This document shows, piece after piece, positions 29,872 through 39,619 of a DNA stretch of 64,000 nt. A program made the position numbers and the translations under genes. Positions within the stretch are counted from its first letter, which is position 1, and each line of letters starts with the position of its first letter. Location of the stretch: positions 3,168,001 through 3,232,000 of the forward strand of contig OZ244048.1 in NCBI GenBank assembly GCA_965215265.1, in the 5' to 3' direction. The notes beneath the pieces were generated by a model. The model was not told where the DNA came from, did no database searches, and was given only the letters and a program-made list of their open reading frames with translations. This DNA is from Candidatus Poribacteria bacterium (GTDB lineage Bacteria; Poribacteria; WGA-4E; WGA-3G).

Positions 29872-31512
29872 TCAGGCTTTACGAGAATCTCTATATTTCA
29901 ACACAAAAAGCGCCGCGGATCCTCCGAGGCAGATAAGCACGCAGAGAATCGGGAACCAATCGCCGTAACGTGTATACAACGTTTGTTCCGATTCTGATAA
30001 GACCGGGGCACGGGAGACAAGGAACTCTTGCTCGGTGCTCGGTGTAACCAAAGGCGTGATAATCCGTCCGAATTTATCGACTATGCACGAAATCCCGCCA
30101 TTCGCACAACGGAACACAGTGATTCTGTTCTCAACTGCGCGAAAAGGTGCCATCGCGAGATGGAGCTCCGGAAAAGCGGTGCCATCAAACCACGCATCGT
30201 TCGTGAGAATTCCCATGACGTGCGCGCCTTTTTTGACGAACTGCCGGAAATGAGCTGGAAAGGATGATTCAAAGCAGATGGAGACACCTATCTCTAGCGG
30301 CTCATCTCTTGAGGCGATCTTGCTATCCCTTTTAACGTTTGAGAGCCGTAAAAGGTTTACCGTTTTTCCATGTTCAAACGGTTTGAAAAGAATGAAATTC
30401 GGAAGTTGAATAAAATCGGGGAGAAAATCGACTAGCGGTATATATTCGCCAAACGGCACGAGGTGCATTTTCGCATATCTATTAATGACGTTGCCCTCTG
30501 ACGACAGCAAAAAGACGCTGTTGTAAAGCGGCACCGACTGCTTCTCGTCCGGATTATCCACATCTTCATAAGTTGCTCCGATGAGGAGAGGGAGGCCGGC
30601 ATCGCGCAGCATCTGCTTAAGTCTATTGCTGTAAGTTGGCCATTTCCCTGATAGCACCTCGCCTCTTACTGCGGTCTCAGGCCACACAACCACATCTGGA
30701 GCGTCTCTCGTCGCCTGCTGCGTCAACGTAATATATCGCCTGAGGATGGATGGGAATTCATTAATGTTCCATTTTCTGAGTTGCGAAATGTTGCCGGGGA
30801 CGAGTGCAATTTTCAAATCTTTTTCTGCTACATTGTTTACATTGTCAACCGATCGGAGGTGGAAAAATCCGTAAGCGAAGCAAATCAGCGTTAGAATTAA
30901 GGGAAGAACCATTGCTCGGAGCTGCTTCCTCCATTGATGGCGTTCCCGAATCAACATGGCGATACCGGCGTTAAAAAGCACCACAACGAAACTGATACCG
31001 TAAACCCCTATTATTGATGCTACCTGTATCCCCGGTAGATTGTTCCACTGTGAATAGCCGACACTCCCCCATGCAAACCCGGTTAACAGCCAACTCCGAA
31101 CCCACTCTAAAGCTGCCCAGATACAGGCCACTGACAACGGGAACCAGACTCCAGAACGCCACGGTAGCAGAGATACTAATGCCGAAAAAGCTGCAAAATA
31201 GAGGGCGGTATATCCAACCAGAAGCAGATAGCCCAGCAATGTTGCGTAGATGCTCGCGTAGGGGTAAAGAAGAAGGATGGCGAAAAGGAGCCCACCAAAA
31301 AACAGGAAACCTGTTAAATAGCCGATGCCAAAAGCGGATTTCCAATTCTTAGCGTGCTTAAGGGCGACGAGTAACGGAACTATCGAAATCCAAGCCAGCG
31401 GAAAAAGGTTTAAATTCGGGAAGCTGCAAAACAGCAGTATCGCTGAGAACGTTGCAAGCAGCCAAGGGTAATAGCGATTCACAAAATTTCTCGTAGTAGC
31501 ACCCTCCGACAC
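29872..31512 (-). CDS. lnt: Apolipoprotein N-acyltransferase
   Basis: TM N-terminus; WPETA, K.HLVPFGEY, ICFES and TNDAWF. Confidence 0.95.
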   Translation of the reverse strand: MSEGATTRNFVNRYYPWLLATFSAILLFCSFPNLNLFPLAWISIVPLLVALKHAKNWKSAFGIGYLTGFLFFGGLLFAILLLYPYASIYATLLGYLLLVGYTALYFAAFSALVSLLPWRSGVWFPLSVACIWAALEWVRSWLLTGFAWGSVGYSQWNNLPGIQVASIIGVYGISFVVVLFNAGIAMLIRERHQWRKQLRAMVLPLILTLICFAYGFFHLRSVDNVNNVAEKDLKIALVPGNISQLRKWNINEFPSILRRYITLTQQATRDAPDVVVWPETAVRGEVLSGKWPTYSNRLKQMLRDAGLPLLIGATYEDVDNPDEKQSVPLYNSVFLLSSEGNVINRYAKMHLVPFGEYIPLVDFLPDFIQLPNFILFKPFEHGKTVNLLRLSNVKRDSKIASRDEPLEIGVSICFESSFPAHFRQFVKKGAHVMGILTNDAWFDGTAFPELHLAMAPFRAVENRITVFRCANGGISCIVDKFGRIITPLVTPSTEQEFLVSRAPVLSESEQTLYTRYGDWFPILCVLICLGGSAALFVLKYRDSRKA

Positions 31513-31955
31513 GTCATGAAATTGGAGATATTTTACAATAAATTTGGCGAAATGTCAAATTATTTTCTTAGAGATGCGGATAGATGTTTTGACTATGATT
31601 GGGAGTATCTCAACAAGTTGATTTGATAGTTCTTACAAGCGAATCTTGGGTGCATGTAGGCGTTTTTGATAAATTCAGCAATCCCCTTGTGTCTGCACAG
31701 GAAGTCGGAAGGTGGTAGAGCATCCGTTCTCAAGAGCCCGAATACATCATCCTGAGATATAGTTCATCGAGAACTCCTTTCAGATATCGGTTCAGTTCAC
31801 AATTCACAATTGTTATGCGTACTGTCTCTAGAATAGTAAGCTTGGTTCTCTGTGCAGACTTTATATGGAAACGTCTGCTCTTACCACTTCGACACGGTGG
31901 GTTAACTGGCGATTGCTGCCCGGCGCTGGGCAGCAATCGCTGTTTGCATTAAAGG

Positions 31956-34403
31956 TTATTCGCCTTTGCGGATGGTAAGCCGGTAGTGCTGACCGACTTT
32001 CTTGGTATCAACAATCTCATGCCCATCATTTGTGAGGCTTTTGGGCACGTTTTCAATAGGTTCGCCATCGTCAATCGTAACTTCCAGAAGCTGGCCGAGT
32101 TCCATCGTTTCCAGCCGGATCTTGGCTTGGACGTAGTTAAACGGACATGCGACACCCTTCAGATCGAGGCTATCCAAGATTTCTTCAACCGGTGGCTTAG
32201 TCTCCTTAACTATCTTAGGTTTACGTGCTGGACGGGCCCTACGTGTTTTCCGGCGGCTCTGTTCCTCTTCCTCTTGCTTGATGCGCATGCGCCCATAGAC
32301 GTTATGCGATTCTTCCACAAAGAGCGTCGCTTCCTCGACCCGGCGGTGTGCCAATTCGTGGTCGAAGGTAGAGGCATCCTCTTCCATCGCTTTAAATAGG
32401 TGTGCGCCGTAGCCGGGGAAGAAGTTCCCGGGCTCAAAGAAATGGGTTCGGAATTCGGTAACTGTAGTTGCATCGTTAATGTACTGCAATCCTGCCGTAG
32501 TTAAGAGCCCATCTGCTGCCCTGATCATGGCATCAAACGCCATCTCTGCGGAATCTTGGTAGGTTCCTTTTTCCAAGTTTAAGCCCGATTCATAGAGGAG
32601 CCGGTCAGCCTCTTCCAATTTGAAGGAGACCAATGCTACCAGTTGCCCAGCACATTCACCGACACCGGTTTTGAGTTGGAATTCCTTGGTGTCCCCGGTG
32701 TCAACATAAAATTCCGGTGCCTCTTCATAAGAAGGAATTTTATCGTACTTGGAGAGAATCTGCTTGATTTTGGCTTTACCGAGCCTGCCTATGTAATCGG
32801 TAAAGGATTCATCGTCCTCGCGTTCAGTAGTGTATTTCCCGGTTAATTCTTCAATGAACGCGGGGATATGCTTCCCGTGAATTTTGCCTGTAGGGAGTCC
32901 GTAAGAGCTGGCATTTTCAATCATGTGTCCGCCGAGAAGGACCTGATAATACGGTGCAATATGTCCGCCCATCCGGCGGGAAGAACCGAAGAAACCGATG
33001 TTCGCGATGTGATGCTGTCCGCACGAGTTGGGGCATCCACTAATCTTAATCCGCAACCCCTTGATTTCATCCTGTACCCCTGCTTCCATGAAGTAGCCCC
33101 GGAGGTGTGCTGCCAATCCACGTGAAGAGGAGACCCCGAGTTTGCAAGAGTCGGTGCCGGGGCAGGCCGTAATATCCACGGTGGATTCTGCACCCGCGTC
33201 TCCCAATCCGATTGCTTTCAGTTCACGATAGAGTGCGGGCAGATCAGTCATGGTTACCCATCGGAGTACGATATTCTGTTCCACCGTAGCGCGGATGGTA
33301 TCTTTGACGTATTTGCGCGAGATGTCTGCCAAAGCGCGTGTCTGGTCTGCGGTAATATCACCCAGTGGAAGCGTAATCGTGACGACTGCGTACCCCGGTT
33401 GTTTCTGCGAGCGCACGTTGGATTCATACCACTCTGCGAACCCTTCTGGTTGTGCTGCGCCGTTGAGCTGGGTTGGCGGTTTAAGCGGGCTTTCAGCGTA
33501 AGCATCCAGATTCTCGAGATATGCTGTCCAGGCCGGGTCGTGCCTCAGTTTGGCGCGTTCCTCAAGCACCAGTTTTCGGAATTCGTCAATTCCGTGTTTT
33601 GCAATCACGAATTTCAGGCGTGCTTTATTTCGGTTCCGCCGTTCGCCCAAGCGGGTGAAAACCTTGGAGATTGCTTGTGAAATCGGTAAGAGTTCCTCAG
33701 CTGGCACGAAATCGTCAAAGACTTTTGCCTGATGCGGTACTGCACCGAGCCCACCCCCGACGTAGAGTTTAAAGCCGCGCTTCACTTCACCGTCGATCTC
33801 TTTCACCGCGGCAACTGCGCCGATGTCGTGCATGTTTGCTAGACCGCAGGCGTGCTCTTCACAGCCTGAAAACGCGATTTTGAATTTACGTCCGAAATCC
33901 TGCGCGTCCGGATGCCCGAGCAGAAAAGCAGATAACGCCTTGGAATACGCTGTCACGTCAAACGTCTCATCTTGGCAGACACCCGTGATGGGACAAGCAG
34001 TGACATTACGGACAACGTTACCGCATGCTTCCTTTGTCGTAATGCCAACGCTGGCTAGGCGACGCATTAGCTCTGGCGTATTATTGATGTCAACGTAGTG
34101 GTATTGCACATCTTGTCGCGTGGTGATGTGAATGATATTGTCAGAGAACTCCTCTGCGACATCCGCGAGCATCTCAAGCTGGACCGCGGTGAGTCCGCCA
34201 AACGGTATTTTCACACGAATCATCTGGGAGCCGTCATCGCGTTGCCCGTAAACCCCGTGACGTAACCTAAATTCGGTAAAGAGGGTCTCCTCCACTTGGC
34301 CGGCTTGCACGCGGCCGAGTTGGATTTCATAAATTTCTATAGCGCGGGCCTCATCGGGCGGAATCGCCGCCGCGTCATACGGACCCGCATGTCCGATAGC
34401 CAT
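31956..34403 (-). CDS. Siroheme nitrite/sulfite reductase fused to a helical domain and a C-terminal TusA/SirA domain
   Basis: TTRQ, RKFKIA, ACPG..SC and SGCPNSC motifs; C-terminal LDLKGVACPFNY. Confidence 0.88.
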   Translation of the reverse strand: MAIGHAGPYDAAAIPPDEARAIEIYEIQLGRVQAGQVEETLFTEFRLRHGVYGQRDDGSQMIRVKIPFGGLTAVQLEMLADVAEEFSDNIIHITTRQDVQYHYVDINNTPELMRRLASVGITTKEACGNVVRNVTACPITGVCQDETFDVTAYSKALSAFLLGHPDAQDFGRKFKIAFSGCEEHACGLANMHDIGAVAAVKEIDGEVKRGFKLYVGGGLGAVPHQAKVFDDFVPAEELLPISQAISKVFTRLGERRNRNKARLKFVIAKHGIDEFRKLVLEERAKLRHDPAWTAYLENLDAYAESPLKPPTQLNGAAQPEGFAEWYESNVRSQKQPGYAVVTITLPLGDITADQTRALADISRKYVKDTIRATVEQNIVLRWVTMTDLPALYRELKAIGLGDAGAESTVDITACPGTDSCKLGVSSSRGLAAHLRGYFMEAGVQDEIKGLRIKISGCPNSCGQHHIANIGFFGSSRRMGGHIAPYYQVLLGGHMIENASSYGLPTGKIHGKHIPAFIEELTGKYTTEREDDESFTDYIGRLGKAKIKQILSKYDKIPSYEEAPEFYVDTGDTKEFQLKTGVGECAGQLVALVSFKLEEADRLLYESGLNLEKGTYQDSAEMAFDAMIRAADGLLTTAGLQYINDATTVTEFRTHFFEPGNFFPGYGAHLFKAMEEDASTFDHELAHRRVEEATLFVEESHNVYGRMRIKQEEEEQSRRKTRRARPARKPKIVKETKPPVEEILDSLDLKGVACPFNYVQAKIRLETMELGQLLEVTIDDGEPIENVPKSLTNDGHEIVDTKKVGQHYRLTIRKGE

Positions 34404-34848
34404 AAATACTCCTTTTTTTCTCTATAGGAACGATCTGGTACTTGCAACAACAAATGATCTTGTTCGGGATGCGTATCTCCAACCTATTTAAAGTATATAG
34501 TATACCTTTAATTCATTTTAAAGTCAAGTTTTTTTCTTCGTGCTCACTTAACCCATTTTTTGTAGCAGACTTGTGATAAAGGGTTTCATCTGGAAAAAGC
34601 CTGGGAAGGTGTGTCGGTGTCTGGCAAAATCTCTCCTGACAGACACACCAATTCTAGTTAAGAGGGATGCGGCGGCAGTTCTTTTTCAAAAAAGTTGACA
34701 TTTTTGCGAATTGGGTATAATATATTATATTATATACCTTGCCGCCGTGCTAGAACGGATACGAGCACCTCTTATAGGGGGACTTTCGGATTCTATCTCT
34801 GTTGAGGCAGATTTAAATTTACCTACCTGACACGTCAATCAATTCTCT

Positions 34849-36786
34849 CTACGGCCAGAAATTGTACATCGGCTGCTGCGTCACAACACTGACAAGGCTC
34901 CATATACCGCCGACGGTGAAATCACCGAGCATTAATCCGAGCGCGAACCTGACCAGGTGATCGGATGCCCGCGGCCCTGCAATTTTCAACACAGACCATT
35001 TGACGAGCGAACTGACCAACATACAACTCCACAGATAACGCATGCCCCAATCGCTTGAGACGACGAATCCGATCGGATGGAATGGCCACCAGAAGAAGCG
35101 CGCCCGCATGAACATCAGGAGTGTCGAAAAGAGCAGCCCGAAGACAATCCCACCGGTGGCGTAGAAATTCGGCTCCGTCGGATAGTAGAGCCAACGTTGG
35201 AGGCCGTTGAACACGCGTCCCCCAAAACCGGTTGCCCAGCTGCTCGTACCGCTCATATTCAACGCCCCATACGTATAGAAAATATAGAGGATAACCGCGA
35301 ACACCATCACGGCGGCGAACCCCGAAATCCCGAGCAGTGCGAAGAACAGCCGCCTCGGATGAATGTCGGAACGTTCTGAAAGTTTGAAGCCTTCTAATTG
35401 ATGCGGCATCGGATGGCTTGTATAACTCCGATTAAACCACCGGTAGAGCGTTAAAACAACCAGGTTATTCGTTCCTAACGCACGCGTTCCAAAACTGTCC
35501 ACGAGGATGTGATGATTTGGCATGTTTTCCATTGCATGCACCGGAAACCCTTGTTCCGCACGCATGCGTGTCAGCACAAAAACGATGATGAAATAGATTG
35601 CGAAAAATATAGGAATCAGCCAGATTGACATGCCGATTCGATTAGAGAATAGGAAGAGCAGCAGGAACCCGGCAACGATACCCCATAGCGCGAATCTATA
35701 AGGAATCGGTTCATTTGTGTCTTCACCGGTTCGGTGGCGTGCGATACGAAAGACCCCGCGGAAGTGACGTAAATTTAGCACCAACACGGAAATGAAAATC
35801 CCGATAGCAGCGCCAAAGCACTGTCTGTCAATATAAGGGAATCCGGGCAGGCTCGATAGCCCGGCGGCACTGGCGACAACTAATTGTGCCTTGTAAAACA
35901 GAAAGAAGAACCAACTGGAGAACGAAAGATCTAGCGGCATCAATAAGCCGAGTCCGATGACAAAAGGATAGTAAGACATGCTGATGCCGCCGATGGCATT
36001 CCACGGTTTTTCGGTGAAGAGGTGCCCGAATCCCTGCCAACCGCCAATGCGTTTAATCGGGAGGGTTGGAAGTGCCGGATATAGGAAGCTGAAGCCGTTC
36101 AGCACTGCAATGGATGCAGCAATGCCGAATCCGAGCCATGTAGCACGGTGCGAAAATAGCGACTTCGTGTTATGCGTGACGTGAAAGGCGATTTGCGTAA
36201 TTGGGTACGCAAGCCGCTCGCGTTCTATCCACTGTTTCCGCAATATGACGTTGATGCAAAGCATCACCAGAACGAGCACCGTCATGAACGCCGCCCACGA
36301 GAGTGTCGGCACTATCCATGCACTGATTGATTCTAATATAGAAAGCCGCGATTCGCCTATGTAATACCCCGAGAGCACTTTCGCATCCTCTACAAGCAGC
36401 CATTTCGGGAGATAATCCCAAAAGAGCTGCTTCCATTCGTTTTCCGGTGTGGCGAACCAGAACGCGTGTCCGACCGTTGTCACCAGAATTGTCATCAGGG
36501 TAATAGAGGGAAAAGCGCACGCCGTGCTCAGCAGAATGTATATGGTGAGGAGTTCAGCATCCGTGACTAGGTTGACTCGCGTCGTTCGCCGGATGACAAG
36601 GTTGAGTAGGGAGAACGCGAAAATCACGAAAACGACATTGTAAAACGGAACTGCATAGGTATTCAGCGCGTACCCAACGAGCCCTACTTCGCCCGCAATT
36701 ATCCAGTAAAAATTGAACGGAATCAGCACGAGTGTAATGATGACAGATTTCCACGTTACACCGTGCTGTTTGAGCGGATTTTTCAT
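34849..36786 (-). CDS. Large polytopic membrane protein (DUF6785/DUF6784-like, OPT-related)
   Basis: Many TM helices; RKQW...ERL.YP and WWPFHPIG motifs. Confidence 0.7.
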   Translation of the reverse strand: MKNPLKQHGVTWKSVIITLVLIPFNFYWIIAGEVGLVGYALNTYAVPFYNVVFVIFAFSLLNLVIRRTTRVNLVTDAELLTIYILLSTACAFPSITLMTILVTTVGHAFWFATPENEWKQLFWDYLPKWLLVEDAKVLSGYYIGESRLSILESISAWIVPTLSWAAFMTVLVLVMLCINVILRKQWIERERLAYPITQIAFHVTHNTKSLFSHRATWLGFGIAASIAVLNGFSFLYPALPTLPIKRIGGWQGFGHLFTEKPWNAIGGISMSYYPFVIGLGLLMPLDLSFSSWFFFLFYKAQLVVASAAGLSSLPGFPYIDRQCFGAAIGIFISVLVLNLRHFRGVFRIARHRTGEDTNEPIPYRFALWGIVAGFLLLFLFSNRIGMSIWLIPIFFAIYFIIVFVLTRMRAEQGFPVHAMENMPNHHILVDSFGTRALGTNNLVVLTLYRWFNRSYTSHPMPHQLEGFKLSERSDIHPRRLFFALLGISGFAAVMVFAVILYIFYTYGALNMSGTSSWATGFGGRVFNGLQRWLYYPTEPNFYATGGIVFGLLFSTLLMFMRARFFWWPFHPIGFVVSSDWGMRYLWSCMLVSSLVKWSVLKIAGPRASDHLVRFALGLMLGDFTVGGIWSLVSVVTQQPMYNFWP

Positions 36787-36929
36787 CGAACCGTTACGTT
36801 TTTTCGTCTATTAGAGTCGTCAGTTGAACCATGCCTGAAATTTATTATGCGTATGTCGTCTGAGACGTTCCGGGGCCGGGTGTCTCTATTGCAGATGGCA
36901 TATCAAGTCGCGCCAGAAAACCATGCCTG

Positions 36930-37898
36930 TCAAGATTCAGCCTCATGCCGCGCCAGAAAATCCATGAAGGTATCGAGTTCTTCGGAGACGCTTGCAAACA
37001 ACTTCTCAATCTGCTTCGCGTGTTGCTCGGTTTTCTCGTAAATCAATTCTTCGCCATAGAGATGATTGACGCGATGGCGGAAGTCTAAAAGTTCTTTGAG
37101 CCGCACCCGGTTTTTTTCCGAAATCACGGGTGGCCGTTCTGGTCGTTGTTCTGCCATTTGGGCAAGCAAATCGTTATGCCACCGACTCCCACTCGGCATG
37201 TGCATGTCCACCTCACGGGCTATCCGCTCGAAAATCTTCTCAATCCCTCTGTAGACATTGGCGAGTTTTGAGGAGATTGACTCTTCGATATATTTTTTCG
37301 CAGCCGCAGGCATGACTTCAATGTCTTCTAGTGCTTGCACGATATTGGCAATCGTGTGTTGAATTTTAGTTCGTTCATCTGCGAGGCGTTGGGTGAGTTT
37401 ACGCCGGTTCATTTCGTAGATGCGTCCGAACGTGCCAGAAACTGTTTCTGCTTGCTGATATTCATAAGGAACGTGGTTTGCTGTGCACTTGTCGCCATTT
37501 TTAATCGGAATTGCTTGCCTCTGCAGCTGCTCACAGAAAAGGGTTGTAGAGGTTTCAACGTTGATAAGGTCAATTTTGAAACCTTCAGCCAGAGTTCCGA
37601 TTTCCCATCGTGCATCAACAGAGGCAGAATCCGAAAGTCCCCAGACAGCGACATCAATATCGGATGCCTGCGTGAACCATTCGCGCTCCGCTAGTGAACC
37701 GAAAACGGCTACGTGTGTTGCCCCAAAATCTGTATAGAGCATCGCTGCGACGCGATGGGCCGTATCCCAGGCTCGCCGGATTAATGCCTCATCCACTTTC
37801 CGATTTTCCCAGCGGCGTTTGAGTTGCGCCCGACATGCTGCAAGTTCTTTTGTCGACATCTCTTTAGCAGGGGGATGTCGTTCTTTTCTAGAAGACAT
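36930..37898 (-). CDS. Fused MNT nucleotidyltransferase and HEPN (HepT-like) RNase
   Basis: GGAGGTG RBS; VFGSL...SDIDVAV (MNT); FRHRVNHLYG (RX4H-Y, HEPN). Confidence 0.85.
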   Translation of the reverse strand: MSSRKERHPPAKEMSTKELAACRAQLKRRWENRKVDEALIRRAWDTAHRVAAMLYTDFGATHVAVFGSLAEREWFTQASDIDVAVWGLSDSASVDARWEIGTLAEGFKIDLINVETSTTLFCEQLQRQAIPIKNGDKCTANHVPYEYQQAETVSGTFGRIYEMNRRKLTQRLADERTKIQHTIANIVQALEDIEVMPAAAKKYIEESISSKLANVYRGIEKIFERIAREVDMHMPSGSRWHNDLLAQMAEQRPERPPVISEKNRVRLKELLDFRHRVNHLYGEELIYEKTEQHAKQIEKLFASVSEELDTFMDFLARHEAES

Positions 37899-37973
37899 GT
37901 CAATCACCTCCGCCTTCTGTTGATGAATAAACGGATAGATTGTGCTAACTTTATGGGTGCCTCAGCGTATACT

Positions 37974-38957
37974 TTATAGCTGGATGGTCCCTGCATAAAG
38001 ATCTTCCAAGGCATCTTCCGGGCGTGGTTCAGGACTACTTTTGGCAAACTCAAGATCAGCTTCCAGTTCATCTGCAAGGGCAGTCTCAATTGCGTCGAGT
38101 TCTTCTTGGCTAACGTCTGCTTCCTCGGTAAGTACTTGGGTGAGCCTCCGGATTGGGTCGCGTTGTCGTTCTTGTTCTTGCACCTCTTCTCTGTTTCGGT
38201 AAGAGGTTCCTGGGTCGCCGATGTGATGCCCTCGGAATCTATAGGTGTCACAATTGAGAAGGGTAGGTCCCCCGCCGTCACGTGCCCGCGTGACGGCATC
38301 ATGTGCTGCTGCGTAAACTTTAAGTACATCATTGCCATCAACGGTGATGCCCGGCATGTCGTAAGCGGGTGCGCGCACGGCTATATCCTCTACGCGTTGA
38401 TGTTCCTTTTGGGGTGTCCCCATCCCGAATCGGTTGTTTTCACAGACAAAAATGACAGGCAATTCCCAGACTGCGGCGAGATTAAGGCTTTCATGGAACA
38501 CGCCTTGGTTGGTTGCGCCATCGCCAAAGAAGGACACTGCAATCTGATTCGTGCTGCGCATTTTGGCAGAGAGCCCTGCGCCTGCAGCGAGCGGAATGCC
38601 GGCACCCACAACGCCGTTTGCCCCAAGGATCCCGGTCGCTTTATCGGCGATGTGCATGGAACCGCCTTTACCTTTACAGTAACCTGTTGTACGGGCGAAC
38701 AGCTCCGCCATCATCCGGGAACGTTTTCCGCCTTTCGCAATCAGATGGCCGTGGCCCCGGTGCGTACTGGTAATATAATCGTCATCTTTCAAATGGGCGC
38801 AAACTCCTACGGCCGTCGCCTCTTCACCGATGTAGAGATGAAGGAAACCGGGGAGTTGGCCGCTCTGATAAAGCGTGCCGGCGGCTTCTTCAAACTGCCG
38901 AATTTCTACCATCTTACGATACATCCAAAGCATCTGCTCTTTGCTCGGTTTTGACAT
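37974..38957 (-). CDS. TPP-dependent dehydrogenase E1 alpha subunit (PdhA/AcoA-like)
   Basis: GKGGSMH, FFGDGA...ENN and YRFRGH. Confidence 0.93.
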   Translation of the reverse strand: MSKPSKEQMLWMYRKMVEIRQFEEAAGTLYQSGQLPGFLHLYIGEEATAVGVCAHLKDDDYITSTHRGHGHLIAKGGKRSRMMAELFARTTGYCKGKGGSMHIADKATGILGANGVVGAGIPLAAGAGLSAKMRSTNQIAVSFFGDGATNQGVFHESLNLAAVWELPVIFVCENNRFGMGTPQKEHQRVEDIAVRAPAYDMPGITVDGNDVLKVYAAAHDAVTRARDGGGPTLLNCDTYRFRGHHIGDPGTSYRNREEVQEQERQRDPIRRLTQVLTEEADVSQEELDAIETALADELEADLEFAKSSPEPRPEDALEDLYAGTIQL

Positions 38958-39123
38958 AGTTTCTCCTATTGGTATACTTGATTTAGTTCACACGAAGCGT
39001 GTGAAATTGTAATATGGGTTTGCATTGCTTCACAAAGAAACAGTATAAAATAGTACAAATATCCTCTTATTTTAAATTAACATTTGTTAGAGATGTTCTA
39101 TATTTTCTTGAACAAGAAATATT

Positions 39124-39619
39124 TTAAAGGATTCCATACTCTTCACATTTTTGTATGATTAATTCTGTATTCTTGCAGTTATCCAGAATCCAATAATTTT
39201 CCTTCAAATCACTTATCTTATTAATAGAAATGCTTTTTTGATTCAAGCATTCAATGAGAATTGTTGGAACGAAATAGAGTTCAAATGCGTGATCGCTTAT
39301 CGGGTGGATCCCGATGATAACGTCTGAGGTTTCTGTTGATTGTGTATACGTTTTCACATTTGATTTATATTCTCTATCAACACCGCCTCTTGCCCCACCG
39401 GTGAATGCAACTGATTTAGTGGCAGTTTTGACTTGTGCGCGAATAATATCTTCATGTCCATCTGTTTTTTTTTCGAACAACGATGATATCGTAAGGCGAT
39501 AGTGGTAAATCTACTAAAGAAACGTTCTGGTATTTTTTCATCAGAATTCCAGCAACGATATGCTCATGGGCAAATCCATCTACTGAAGTTTGTCTGCCTC
39601 TTTCTTCTGTTTTTGCCAT
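39124..39619 (-). pseudogene. PD-(D/E)xK-type (probable type II restriction) endonuclease, frameshifted at an A9 tract
   Basis: GAGG RBS and ATG 39619 give MAKTEERG...EHIVAG...PYDIIVVR; deleting one A of the A9 run (39465-39473) joins it to KKTDGHEDIIRAQVKT... Confidence 0.7.

Noticed and set aside
38106-38954. 282-aa antisense ORF over the E1-alpha gene
   Set aside because: Shadow frame of a clearly conserved gene, with no recognisable motifs or RBS.
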